Source of the DNA: Alkalilimnicola ehrlichii MLHE-1
GTDB lineage: Bacteria; Pseudomonadota; Gammaproteobacteria; Nitrococcales; Halorhodospiraceae
DNA: 32,000 nucleotides
NCBI RefSeq assembly: GCF_000014785.1
Contig: NC_008340.1
Span: forward strand, 1,080,001 to 1,112,000
Reading direction: 5' to 3'
The notes beneath the pieces are model-generated. The model worked only from the letters and a program-made list of their open reading frames with translations. It was not told the origin of the DNA and did no database searches. The position numbers and the translations under genes are program-made. Shown here in pieces: positions 1-8,490 of this stretch; position 1 is the first letter of the stretch; the number at the start of each line of letters is the position of its first letter.

Positions 1-814
1 ATGCGCTCGCCGCGTCTCGGCGCAAGGTGCGTTCGATACTGAGGGTCGGGTCGTCAAGAACCTTTCGGGCGGCCTGGAATGCCAACGGGACGGTGATTTC
101 GCCCCGGTAGAGGTCGGCAATGTCCAGTGTAAAAGCGTTACTCGATTCCTCATGGATAAAGCCGAGCGGTGGCAGCGCGCCGGTGGCGGCCACAGCAATG
201 TCTGCGGCGGCCTCCACGAACGTTGCCGCATGGTTGATGGCCTGGTTGGGGACGTCCGCTGCAGATGGGTTGTTGCGATTGTAACGGCGCCCCTTCCAAG
301 GAATGCCGAAGCGGCTGGCTTCCACCCGGTAGAGCTCCTTGATGCGTCCGCCTTCAATGCCGCGCAGTACAGCGATGTCTTTATGAGGAAGCACGCGCCC
401 GAAGCGAAAGGCGTACATGCGTCGTGCGACGTCGAGCCGTTGGGTTTTGTTCGCCCAAAGCGTGGCGTGGCGCCGGGCCACATCTGAGCGGCCTTGGCCC
501 ATTGGCGGAGCCGTGTAGTATTTGGTGCCACCCCCGCCAATAGCGGCCAACAGCGTCCCGTGGCGTGCAAGGAGGCGTAATACATCGTGCGTGACCGTAC
601 TGCCAGGGCCGAGCAGAATCATTGAGAGGCCTTGGTACGGAATCGCATAATCACCGGCGGCCAGGTCTTCGGACTCTGCTGCCGTGAAATGCAGCGTGCC
701 ATCCTCTACGTACAGCCGTCCGCGTGTCAGCCACAGCAAGCCATGACGATCCACGTGAGGAATACGGGCACCGGAAAGGCCGAGGCGCCCTGGTAGGAAA
801 CCTCCCTCGCTCAT
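1..814 (-). CDS. cas1: CRISPR-associated endonuclease Cas1, subtype I-E (3' end runs off the left window edge)
   Basis: Manual minus-strand translation from ATG 814..812 gives MSEGGFLPGRLGLSGARIPHVDRHGLLWLTRGRLYVEDGTLHF..MILLGPGSTVTHDVLRLLARHGTLL..VLRGIEGGRIKELY..PWKGRRYNRNNP..PPLGFIHEESSNAFTLDIADLYR. This is colinear with E. coli Cas1 motifs (EPGTRVSHAAVRLAAQVGTLL, QLRGIEGSRV, WNGRRYDP, IGFVHTGKPLSFVYDIADI). It is absent from the ORF track because there is no stop inside the window. Its ATG overlaps the cas6e stop as ATGA. Confidence 0.85.
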   Translation of the reverse strand, partial: MSEGGFLPGRLGLSGARIPHVDRHGLLWLTRGRLYVEDGTLHFTAAESEDLAAGDYAIPYQGLSMILLGPGSTVTHDVLRLLARHGTLLAAIGGGGTKYYTAPPMGQGRSDVARRHATLWANKTQRLDVARRMYAFRFGRVLPHKDIAVLRGIEGGRIKELYRVEASRFGIPWKGRRYNRNNPSAADVPNQAINHAATFVEAAADIAVAATGALPPLGFIHEESSNAFTLDIADLYRGEITVPLAFQAARKVLDDPTLSIERTLRRDAASA

Positions 815-1523
815 GCCGGTCGAAGCAGCAGCATTCCGAAGCCGAAGGCTCGGTGTCGGCCAACGCCCCGCGCCACCAGGGTGGCGAAGGTATCGGGGTC
901 GCGTACCGTGAGTCTGCCGGTGACCAAGGCATCCGGGCGAACGAGACGCGTCTTCCCCGTCGGCGTCCGCCCTGGCCTGCCGCGCCCTGGCGCCATGTGG
1001 AGACGAGCCGGAAGGCCTTAAGCTTAAAGCTAGTGTCTTCCAGTTCCACTGCCGGGTGCAGGCGGTCAGCAGTCCAGCTGTGGTAGATCTCGCTGCGTGT
1101 GGTGTCAGCCGGTTCCTTTCCTTCCGGGAGTGCCGCGAGAAAGGCGTCCCGCTCGCCGGACTTTCCTCTCACCACTGGGCAGAGCCGACACTCAAAACCG
1201 AGGCGCTGACCAACGCGCCAGCGAATACTCCCCATATCCTTGCTCGCTGCAGTATTCCAATCGCAAGCGTTCGCTGCACTCGGGTCGGCAAAGGTGGTGG
1301 CGTGCTCACAGAGAGTTTGCGCGTCGCTGGGGCCATAACCCAACAACCGCAGACTACCCTCCCGGGTATCGATCAGCCGGAAGCTGGTCGGGCTGTGCTT
1401 GCCCAGCGTGGCGCGCAACCAGCTGTGGACGGCATAGCCCAGGTCCTCGTCTCGGCTGCGGTTATGGCCCTGGTCTTGCGCATGAGCGATGAGCTTCTCA
1501 GGCCGCAGTCGAAGGTCGATCAT
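811..1523 (-). pseudogene. cas6e: Cas6e/CasE pre-crRNA endoribonuclease, reading frame interrupted (apparent -1 shift between about 958 and 1017)
   Basis: Frame A from ATG 1523 (or 1529) reads MHMIDLRLRPEKLIAHAQ..DLGYAVHSWLRATLG..GQRLGFECRLCPVVR..FKLKAFRLVSTWRQ, then turns into Arg/Gly/Pro junk running to 651. Frame B (996..811) reads ..TPTGKTRLVRPDALVTGRLTVRDPDTFATLVARGVGRHRAFGFGMLLLRPA. That matches the canonical CasE C-terminus (E. coli GKIQTVCFEGVLTINDAPALIDLVQQGIGPAKSMGCGLLSLAPL). The position after cas5e and before cas1 fits I-E gene order. Confidence 0.7.
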
Positions 1524-2251
1524 GTGCATGGGGGCACCTCCGTGAGGTAGCCAGTGATCATCGGACGCAGACCCACGTGGGCCTGGGTTCGCCAATCCCG
1601 GTCGTCCGTGCGGTTCTGGCGTTGCCGGGACTCGGTGGCGGGGGCTGTTGTTCCAGGTGGCCAGCAGGCTTCGAAAAAGCGAGTGTCTGCCGCTGCGCGA
1701 GGATCCCGGGGTTCGCTGGCCAGTACGTGATAGGCGTCGTCGGATTCACGCACCCGCAGGAGCACGGGGGCCGCCGGCAGGCATGCCTTACGCCCGATGA
1801 ATAGCGGGCGGGCCGGATGGCGCAGGGCAGCCGCCAGGGTCGCAACGTTGGGCTCGCCCGGAGGGACGGTGACCGCAACGGTCATGACTCCGTTCGCCCA
1901 ATAGTGGCGGTCTCGTTGATGAATGCCCCTCTTCGCCGTGCCGCCCTCCCGATGCTCTGGGGCGCCGCGGGTGGTCCATCCCGGGTTTGCCAGGTGCGTC
2001 TGTCCTAAATCCACCGTTTGGTAGTCCCGCAAGGGTTCGGGTGGCACGTCCCATCGTGCGGCATAGCTTATTCGAGCCTGCAGGCTGTTCAGGGCCTCGG
2101 TGTCCTGATGGTGCCAGCCTAAGGCATTGGCCAGCATGCCGGTCAGCATGGATCGGCCTGGGAAGCGGTCGGTGGGATTATGCTGGTCCACTAATACTCC
2201 GCCGAAACTCATCAGCGGCGCGTCCAGGCGTAGGATCAGGCATGGCATCAT
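1520..2251 (-). CDS. cas5: Cascade subunit Cas5e/CasD
   Basis: 243 aa ORF. The N-terminus MMPCLILRLDAPLMSFGGVLVDQHNPTDRFPGRSMLTGMLANALG matches the Cas5 N-terminal signature. ATGA overlap with the cas7 stop (2251..2248) and TGA/ATG overlap with the cas6e start. Confidence 0.85.
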   Translation of the reverse strand: MMPCLILRLDAPLMSFGGVLVDQHNPTDRFPGRSMLTGMLANALGWHHQDTEALNSLQARISYAARWDVPPEPLRDYQTVDLGQTHLANPGWTTRGAPEHREGGTAKRGIHQRDRHYWANGVMTVAVTVPPGEPNVATLAAALRHPARPLFIGRKACLPAAPVLLRVRESDDAYHVLASEPRDPRAAADTRFFEACWPPGTTAPATESRQRQNRTDDRDWRTQAHVGLRPMITGYLTEVPPCT

Positions 2252-3405
2252 TGACCTCCGAAGATGCTATCCAAGGCGCCGTCGATCGTTTCTGAAAGGG
2301 GGCCGCGGTGGGCGCAGGGGAGCGACGTTGTGTCCCTGGTAGCAGAGACGAAGCGACTGGTTTCCTCACCGAACATGTCATCAAGGGATTTCAGGTAATG
2401 GCCCATGGTATTAACGGACTGCTGCATCAGGTCGCCCCGCGCTGGCAGGGGTTCAAGGTAAGCGTTTGCCAAGGCACGGGGCTGGGTCGTACCGGTCTCC
2501 AACAACGCACAGTCGGTACGGGCGTAGGGAGCCGTAGCACCCAATTTGGCTCCGGGCGAGACGGTTGCGATGCTGTGTACCAGGGCCGCCAAGACATCAC
2601 GGGCGTCGGCACAAGCCTCTGTCTGTTCGCGCCATGCCTGCCGCTCACAACCGGAAAGGTTTGAGACGAGCAGTGGTACGTCCACCACGACGTACCCGTA
2701 GAAAAGCCCAGCGCCCAGTTCCATATCCCCGGCATGTGCTGCGCCGGCATCCTCGCCTGGCTCCTTCAGGTCGTCTACCACAGTGAAATAGTCCACCTCA
2801 TTGTTCAGGGAATGCACGGTAAAGGCATGGGCGACGTGGACACTGGCATCAGTGCGGGCAAGGATGTCTGACGTGACGAAACGCCCGAACAGGGCGCCCT
2901 CTATGCCCGACTCAAGGTCACTGCCTCCAGCCGCCTGAAGCAGGGCGCGGAAGTTCTTTTTCTCCGCCTTGACCCGATCCTTGAGGGTTGAGCCGGGATC
3001 TTCACCGCTACGGGCACATTCGGTGATCAAACTGACGAAGTAGTCAGCCTCTGGTCGGCCGAAAAGGACAGGTTGTTTGAGGAAAAGGGAGTCTTTCTCG
3101 CGGGCCTCTTTGCTGTGCATAACGGCGTCGATGAGCTTGCCTGTTAATTCACGCGCCTTCTCGTCTTCGACGCCCTCGGCGATAACACGTCGGCAGACCT
3201 CTCGTTCGAAGAAATGGCGGGTGCGGATTCCGCTCGGGAGGGAAATTACGTCTTTCAGGGCCTGCCGCCAGTGGCGCTTTAGGCATTGGGAGGAGACCCG
3301 CATACGTTCTGCACTGCCAAAGGGAATGCGCTTGGCAAGGCCGGCATCGTCCCGGTTAAGTAGGGCGGCATGGTAAGATGTGAGGGTGTGGATTTGCAGG
3401 AACAT
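2248..3405 (-). CDS. cas7: Cascade backbone subunit Cas7e/CasC (Cse4)
   Basis: The internal ATG at 3405 is preceded by AAGGAGA. The product starts MFLQIHTLTSYHAALLNRDDAGLAKRIPFGSAERMRVSSQCLKRHWR, compared with E. coli CasC ..[43 protein letters not shown]. The 83 aa N-terminal extension in the track ORF is Pro/Arg-rich and overlaps cse2. Confidence 0.9.
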   Translation of the reverse strand: MFLQIHTLTSYHAALLNRDDAGLAKRIPFGSAERMRVSSQCLKRHWRQALKDVISLPSGIRTRHFFEREVCRRVIAEGVEDEKARELTGKLIDAVMHSKEAREKDSLFLKQPVLFGRPEADYFVSLITECARSGEDPGSTLKDRVKAEKKNFRALLQAAGGSDLESGIEGALFGRFVTSDILARTDASVHVAHAFTVHSLNNEVDYFTVVDDLKEPGEDAGAAHAGDMELGAGLFYGYVVVDVPLLVSNLSGCERQAWREQTEACADARDVLAALVHSIATVSPGAKLGATAPYARTDCALLETGTTQPRALANAYLEPLPARGDLMQQSVNTMGHYLKSLDDMFGEETSRFVSATRDTTSLPCAHRGPLSETIDGALDSIFGGQ

Positions 3406-3415
3406 GGTCGTCTCC

Positions 3416-3934
3416 TTATTGGCTTCCCGGGGCGGAGGTGGCGGTACGGTAATAATCCCGGGCGATCTTGCGATTGATGCGCTCGCGGGCCTCATCATCG
3501 AATGCGAAGAGCAATCGGGCGGTGTCTTTCCAGTTACAGCGGGCGCGCTGGGCAGCCAGCCTTGTCGCGGCGCGCAGGGTGAGTGTCGCCAGGACGCGGC
3601 CTTCGGCGGCCAACAGGCTCTCAAGCCGGGCCTCAGAGTAGCCTGAATCCGCAAGTGCCCGGCCCAGCGAGATATCTGGTGCGTGGGGGTTGTGATGTTG
3701 CCGTGCCAGTGCAGCGACTAGGGTACGCCACCCCATTTCCAGGCCCTCCCGCTGCCAACGGTGGGGTATGTGCCGGAGCAGGAAGCGGTGGTAGGCCAGA
3801 GGTGTTGGCCCAGTCACGCCCATACGCTTGAGGCGAGCCCGGTCTCCGTTGGGGAACGCCTGATGGTGGAGGGCTGCCGCTAGATGTGGCGCCATCTCTG
3901 AAGGGGTGTTGAACTGCCTCTCAGTGTCGGCCAT
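3416..3934 (-). CDS. cse2: Cascade small subunit Cse2/CasB
   Basis: About 172 aa from ATG 3934 (MADTERQFNTPSEMAPHLAAALHHQ..). Helical and Arg-rich, located between cse1 and cas7 as in type I-E. It overlaps the cse1 3' end by 14 nt. The call rests mainly on size and position. Confidence 0.75.
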   Translation of the reverse strand: MADTERQFNTPSEMAPHLAAALHHQAFPNGDRARLKRMGVTGPTPLAYHRFLLRHIPHRWQREGLEMGWRTLVAALARQHHNPHAPDISLGRALADSGYSEARLESLLAAEGRVLATLTLRAATRLAAQRARCNWKDTARLLFAFDDEARERINRKIARDYYRTATSAPGSQ

Positions 3935-5468
3935 GGGCCATCTCCTCCTGGAAGTGCTTGTACAGCGCCCCCCTGAACAGTCCGCTGGCGCGGACTTGGG
4001 CGCGATAACGGCGTCCAGTGCGTTGGGGTGCTGCCCCGAAGGCGTGTTCAAGGATGTTCTCCGCTAGTTGGCTTAGGCGAGCCACCCAGTCGGCTCGGGC
4101 GTCGGGTTCACTGTTGACTTCGATCGAGCTCCAGAGCCATGGAAAATAGGCATCGGCCCAGCCTTCGTCATACTCACCCAGCCAAACGGCCGTCCATTGG
4201 CCAGCCTCCCGTCGATTGGTGTCGGGCCAACCCTCCGGACCGCCCTCCAGAAGAGTGAAAAGCGCGGGCCGAAGGACTCGGCTTCTCAGGTTCCGGGCGG
4301 CGTCGATGGCCCACTCGGACCGACGGCCCAGGTGATCCGCTGGCTCGCCGCCCAGCAGTAAAAGCCGCTTGGCCTTGCTGTCGATCGGGATGTTCACTTC
4401 ATGGAAGCCGTCGGTGGTGCCCTGGCCGCGAACCAGTGCGCTGGCGTGAAAGATGGCGGCACCATCGCCGCTGGGCAACTCTTGCATGGGCGCTAGGAGA
4501 TATTCGGTCTGTGTGATGATTAGGTCCCGCAGCATATCGGGATGAAAACCGCGGGCACTGGGAGTTAACGCGCTGCCCTTTTTCCGGTGTATCGGGGTCC
4601 ATCCGTCACCGACGTTGCCGGCGAGTTCTTTGCCACCGGCAATGCGGGCGGCCTTGGTGGGTTTCCCAAGTGCGGCGATGCCCGTTGGCTTCGAAACGAG
4701 GCGGACGAGGCGGCAGATCTCGATAAAATATGGATGCAGCGTCTCGAGTCCAATGCTTGTCTGGCCATCCCAGGGCAGAGTCCAAAGCAGCAAATGGCCG
4801 TCGTCGCGAAACGGCCAAGGTGGCTGGGTCAGGTGGGTCCTTTGTGCGTTGAGTCGGGCTAGGTCTTCCCGCCAGCGCTCAGATGGTTGGAGGGTGCGGT
4901 TGACGCCTACGCAGACCCTCACGCCGAAGCCGCCATTCATTCTGCTTATGCCATAATTGCCCTGACCCAGGAACCCGCTCATCGTCTGTGACGAGATCAG
5001 TGCCAGTGCCCAGTCTTCCGGGCTCGCATGCGTTAGACGCGAAGCTTTCAAATCGTGGTTTTTCGCGGTTTGCAGTACATCGAGTTCATCGGGAGTGGCG
5101 GCCTTGGGTTTGTAGCCGGCCAGATCGTTGCTTGGTATCGGGGGCTGCATGAACGCCGGCTTGCCTGGGCCATCGACTGCAAGCGTCCATGCGCAGTCGT
5201 CCGCGTAGTCGCTCAACAAACGCAACGACTGTTTCCATCGGTCCTCCTCCTGCGGGGGGTCGGGCTGGTCGGCGCACTCCAGGGCGGCGGCCGAGAGGTA
5301 ACAAAGAAAGATGTGAAATGCATCTATTTGATGGCGCTGCACCCCCGTGAGGCTCTCTACCTCCCCCCGAGCCAGCGCGGCGAGTAGGCCGGGGAGCGAC
5401 AGCCGGCGGTGTTGTTGGTCGGGCGTTAGGATGCCGAAAACATTGTCAGTGAGGAGGTTGGCGTTCAT
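3921..5468 (-). CDS. cse1: Cascade large subunit Cse1/CasA (Cas8e)
   Basis: 515 aa. The N-terminus MNANLLTDNVFGILTPDQQHRRLSLPGLLAALARGEVESLTGVQRHQIDAFHIFLCYL resembles the CasA N-terminus (L1 loop/PAM-recognition region). ATGA overlap with the cas3 stop (5468..5465). Confidence 0.85.
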   Translation of the reverse strand: MNANLLTDNVFGILTPDQQHRRLSLPGLLAALARGEVESLTGVQRHQIDAFHIFLCYLSAAALECADQPDPPQEEDRWKQSLRLLSDYADDCAWTLAVDGPGKPAFMQPPIPSNDLAGYKPKAATPDELDVLQTAKNHDLKASRLTHASPEDWALALISSQTMSGFLGQGNYGISRMNGGFGVRVCVGVNRTLQPSERWREDLARLNAQRTHLTQPPWPFRDDGHLLLWTLPWDGQTSIGLETLHPYFIEICRLVRLVSKPTGIAALGKPTKAARIAGGKELAGNVGDGWTPIHRKKGSALTPSARGFHPDMLRDLIITQTEYLLAPMQELPSGDGAAIFHASALVRGQGTTDGFHEVNIPIDSKAKRLLLLGGEPADHLGRRSEWAIDAARNLRSRVLRPALFTLLEGGPEGWPDTNRREAGQWTAVWLGEYDEGWADAYFPWLWSSIEVNSEPDARADWVARLSQLAENILEHAFGAAPQRTGRRYRAQVRASGLFRGALYKHFQEEMAHGRH

Positions 5469-8089
5469 CGGTCGAGCTCCAGTCCGAATCGGGTATAGCG
5501 GTAGTCACGGCCACCGTAACGGAAGGTCACGACATCACGGGTCGCGTCAGGTGCGGCCTCTGGCGCGGTGGCGTCAGTGTCTCCGGCCATCCAGCCGGGA
5601 ACGGGCAGTTCATGCAGTGTTTGGCCAAACGGGCTGGTGATTGGCGGGTCCAGGGATAGGCGCCGGTCCTCGAGCCCCAACCGCGTGGCGAGCCTCTCAT
5701 CAAAATCCCCGAAACGGAGTTCCGGTCCAAAAGGCTGATGCCAAGGCATTAGGGCGGTCCGTGCAGCGAGCCCGTGTGCCGTGGCGGTGCCCAGCAGTTG
5801 TTGCTGGTGTCCGTCCCATGGTGGGCCGGTGAAACGTGCGAGGCGTTCGGGATGGACTGTGGTCTCAATCAGTTCCCGGTTGTCGTCCGGGATACGGATG
5901 GTACAGCCAGCGCCGATGCGCTCGATGGTGAGCTGGGCTATGCGCAGATCGGGGTAAACCCTCCCCAGCCCGGCGAGGCCGTGGAGCCTTCCCTTGGCGT
6001 CGAACCAAGCTTCAAGACTGGGTTCCGCAGGCATCAGCACAGTACACGTAGGTGTATCAAAACCGGGAGGGCGACGTCGCGTGTGGCGATGCAGCCGGCC
6101 AATGCGCTGAAGGAGAACATCCATGGGGCAGAGATCCGTGATGAGCCAGTCTGCGTCGATGTCCAGGCTTTGCTCCAGTGTCTGGGTGCCGACGAGCAGC
6201 AGCGCACCGTCAGGGGATCCTTTCCCGAACACGCGGCTGACCTCCCTGTCCAGGATGAGTCTGTCGGCGCGGGCAAAGCGGCCATGGTGGGGGCAGGTTT
6301 GATTGTTGACGCAGAAGAGCGTGCGGGCAACCACGGGGTCCGCTTCCGCTGCCCGTAGGAAGTCAATGGCTCGGGCGACCGTGTTGAGGACCACTAGCAC
6401 CCGGGCGCCCGCACGGAGGGCCTCTGCGACCCGGGGCTGTAGTGCCTTTGGTTCCGCGAGGTATGGTGCCGGTTCAAGTTGTACAGCTTTCTGGCGGGTC
6501 CCGACACCTCCAATCGGGGTGGGGGCGCTCCCGCTGCCGGTTAGAGCGGGGTAAGGGCTTTGGATGGCTTCACTGAACGATGGAACTACGGGCACCGCAC
6601 TTTGTGGTGTGAGGAAAGCCTCCCGGGCATCAGCACTGAGAGTGGCGGAGAGAAGCAGCGCCCGGGCACCGGATCTGGTGTGGTGATCGAGCAATGCGCG
6701 GAGAAGGCCACGCATATAGGTATCCGAGGCGTGGACCTCATCCACCACCAGCAACGAGCGCTCCAGGCAGACGGCCCTGAGGTGGGCGTGGTTGACCTGC
6801 ATCGTAGCCATCAGCGCCTGATCCACTGTGCCCACAGCGATCGGCGCTGCGAGAAAGCGCTTGGGCCGCTCAGCAGCCCAGGCACGCTCCCGTCGGCGTA
6901 GGGTTTCGTCATCCTGCCAGAGGTTGTCCTCCGAAGGTAGCGCTTGTTCACCATCGACTTTTGCGTAGCCCGGCACGGCTAGCAACACTGGTGGCGCGTT
7001 GTCCCTGAATACCTCCTTTACAAAGAGGAGGATGCGTTCATACAGTTCCCGCGCCGCCACCCGAGTGGGGAGCGCGAAGTAGAGGGAATCCACCTCACCT
7101 CGCGCGAACAATTGGAAGAAGCAGGCTAGAGCGGCCTCGGTTTTGCCAGAGCCGGTATCGGACTCCGCAATCATCACCGGCACGTTGGGCGGATCCATGA
7201 GCGCAGCCTGCAGGGCCGTCGGGCTAAAACCGGGAAACAGGTCGGTAAAGCCTGCGCGAGGGTCTAGACGGGAGCGGAAGGGCTGACTGTTGAGTCCGAT
7301 TGTTGTGATTGCCTCGCTGGCGGCGCGCTGCGCAAACGCAGCCCTGCATTCAGGTCCATGGCGGAATGGAAAAAAGCCTTCATGGGAACCGATCCAATCG
7401 GCCAGCATAACCAGGCCAGCAAAGCGGTGCTGAAGTTCAGGAGTGGGGGAGAGGGGAGATGCATCTCCGGTAAAGGCCTGCGGGAAGGCTTGCCTTACGG
7501 TAAGGGTAAGGTTAGTCAGGTCCTCGAGGGGGTCAATGCCGTCTCGGGGTAGCCAGTAACGGCGGTACCGGTTCGTTTCTGTGTGGTCCAGTTTGATCGG
7601 CTTTCCATGGTGGGAGATGCTGGCCAATAGCATGCCTAGCGTGCCCTCAGCATCGTCGAACCAGCTAGCTATTTCGTCGAACCCAAGACTGTCCAACAGC
7701 CGTTTTTGAAGGTCTGGATCGTATAGCAGTGCCGATATTTCATGGACATGCCCGGCTGTGTCCCGAGGCTCCCGGCGTGCTTTGGCTTGGAAACCATGGT
7801 TGCACTTGCCTATGTCATGAAGAAAAGCCAGGGCCGCGAGCCTTTCTAGGTGAACGGGGGTAGGGGCATGGCCGATGGCCTGGCTCAGGGCTCGGTGCGC
7901 CGCGTTTGTGCGGCATAAGGCCAAGAATACGAAGGCTACGTCGGTGCAATGGTCTGCCAGTGGGAGCCAAGCCTCCACCTCACCAGCGGGACCTTTGTGG
8001 AGTTTGCCCCAAAGGTAGGGCTGCCTCTCCCCAGCGGAGTCCGTGGGCTTCCCTCCTTGGCTGCAATCGCTGTTCTCCATGCTGCCCAC
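5465..8089 (-). CDS. cas3: Cas3 HD-nuclease/SF2 helicase, type I-E
   Basis: 874 aa. HD motifs (LADHCTDVAFV, FLHDIGKCNHGFQ), helicase motif I (AESDTGSGKTEAAL) and motif II (LLVVDEVHASD). The track start is GTG 8089; an ATG at 8080 is an alternative start. Confidence 0.92.
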   Translation of the reverse strand: MGSMENSDCSQGGKPTDSAGERQPYLWGKLHKGPAGEVEAWLPLADHCTDVAFVFLALCRTNAAHRALSQAIGHAPTPVHLERLAALAFLHDIGKCNHGFQAKARREPRDTAGHVHEISALLYDPDLQKRLLDSLGFDEIASWFDDAEGTLGMLLASISHHGKPIKLDHTETNRYRRYWLPRDGIDPLEDLTNLTLTVRQAFPQAFTGDASPLSPTPELQHRFAGLVMLADWIGSHEGFFPFRHGPECRAAFAQRAASEAITTIGLNSQPFRSRLDPRAGFTDLFPGFSPTALQAALMDPPNVPVMIAESDTGSGKTEAALACFFQLFARGEVDSLYFALPTRVAARELYERILLFVKEVFRDNAPPVLLAVPGYAKVDGEQALPSEDNLWQDDETLRRRERAWAAERPKRFLAAPIAVGTVDQALMATMQVNHAHLRAVCLERSLLVVDEVHASDTYMRGLLRALLDHHTRSGARALLLSATLSADAREAFLTPQSAVPVVPSFSEAIQSPYPALTGSGSAPTPIGGVGTRQKAVQLEPAPYLAEPKALQPRVAEALRAGARVLVVLNTVARAIDFLRAAEADPVVARTLFCVNNQTCPHHGRFARADRLILDREVSRVFGKGSPDGALLLVGTQTLEQSLDIDADWLITDLCPMDVLLQRIGRLHRHTRRRPPGFDTPTCTVLMPAEPSLEAWFDAKGRLHGLAGLGRVYPDLRIAQLTIERIGAGCTIRIPDDNRELIETTVHPERLARFTGPPWDGHQQQLLGTATAHGLAARTALMPWHQPFGPELRFGDFDERLATRLGLEDRRLSLDPPITSPFGQTLHELPVPGWMAGDTDATAPEAAPDATRDVVTFRYGGRDYRYTRFGLELDR

Positions 8090-8240
8090 GATTAGATCAC
8101 CAAATACTAGTCATCAAATAAAGGAGTCTGAGATTTACATTCTCCAAACACATTAGCAGGTGGATGGCTCAGGTGCATATCCTGGCATTGGATGTGGGAG
8201 TCAGTTGCGATGACTTGAGAAGCTCCCTTCGCGATCTGTG
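8090..8240 (-). promoter_or_regulatory. AT-richer leader/promoter region upstream of the cas3-led operon
   Basis: This is visibly the most AT-rich stretch of the left half (..caaatactagtcatcaaataaaggagtctgagatttacattctcc..), directly upstream of the first gene of a translationally coupled operon. I cannot assign confident -35/-10 hexamers. Confidence 0.25.
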
Positions 8241-8310
8241 TGGGAGCTAGGGCACGCAGGAGGAGGTACCCTGGTCGTGGTCAGTGACGACGCCCTTCGC
8301 GCGTCCTCCA

Positions 8311-8490
8311 TCACCATCGTCTATTTCCACTTACCCGCGGTGCAGCGGACAGATGGTTCGCCGTTTGTTCGAGTTCGATCATGGCTTCCAGCCGCTCGCG
8401 AGCGGAGCGCCGCAGCATTTCCCGGATCCGGAGGCGCCGAACGCCTTCGAAGGTGGCGGTTGCCCAGGTATCGGTCTCTTTTCTAGCCAT
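8311..8490 (-). CDS. Small hypothetical protein (59 aa), possible remnant of a two-gene module
   Basis: Manual translation gives MARKETDTWATATFEGVRRLRIREMLRRSARERLEAMIELEQTANHLSAAPRVSGNRRW. It falls below the track size cutoff. Its ATG overlaps the stop of the upstream minus-strand ORF (ATGGCTAG, 8490..8483). No family recognised with certainty. Confidence 0.3.
   Translation of the reverse strand: MARKETDTWATATFEGVRRLRIREMLRRSARERLEAMIELEQTANHLSAAPRVSGNRRW

Noticed and set aside
152-487. 111 aa plus-strand ORF at the left edge
   Set aside because: It is antisense to the Cas1 coding frame, which shows clear Cas1e motifs when translated manually.
724-1550. Plus-strand ORFs 724..1086, 1056..1550 and 1097..1492
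   Set aside because: They are antisense to cas6e and the cas1 5' end and have no motifs. The minus strand carries the recognisable Cas6e sequence.
2248-3654. Long N-terminal extensions of track ORFs, for example cas7 468 aa, cse2 211 aa, glgA 515 aa, the 226 aa CopD-like ORF, the 347 aa SLT ORF and the 509 aa OMP ORF
   Set aside because: The extensions overlap the preceding gene or are Pro/Arg-rich. Internal ATGs with good Shine-Dalgarno sequences, or ATGA coupling, give N-termini matching known family starts, and those internal starts were used.
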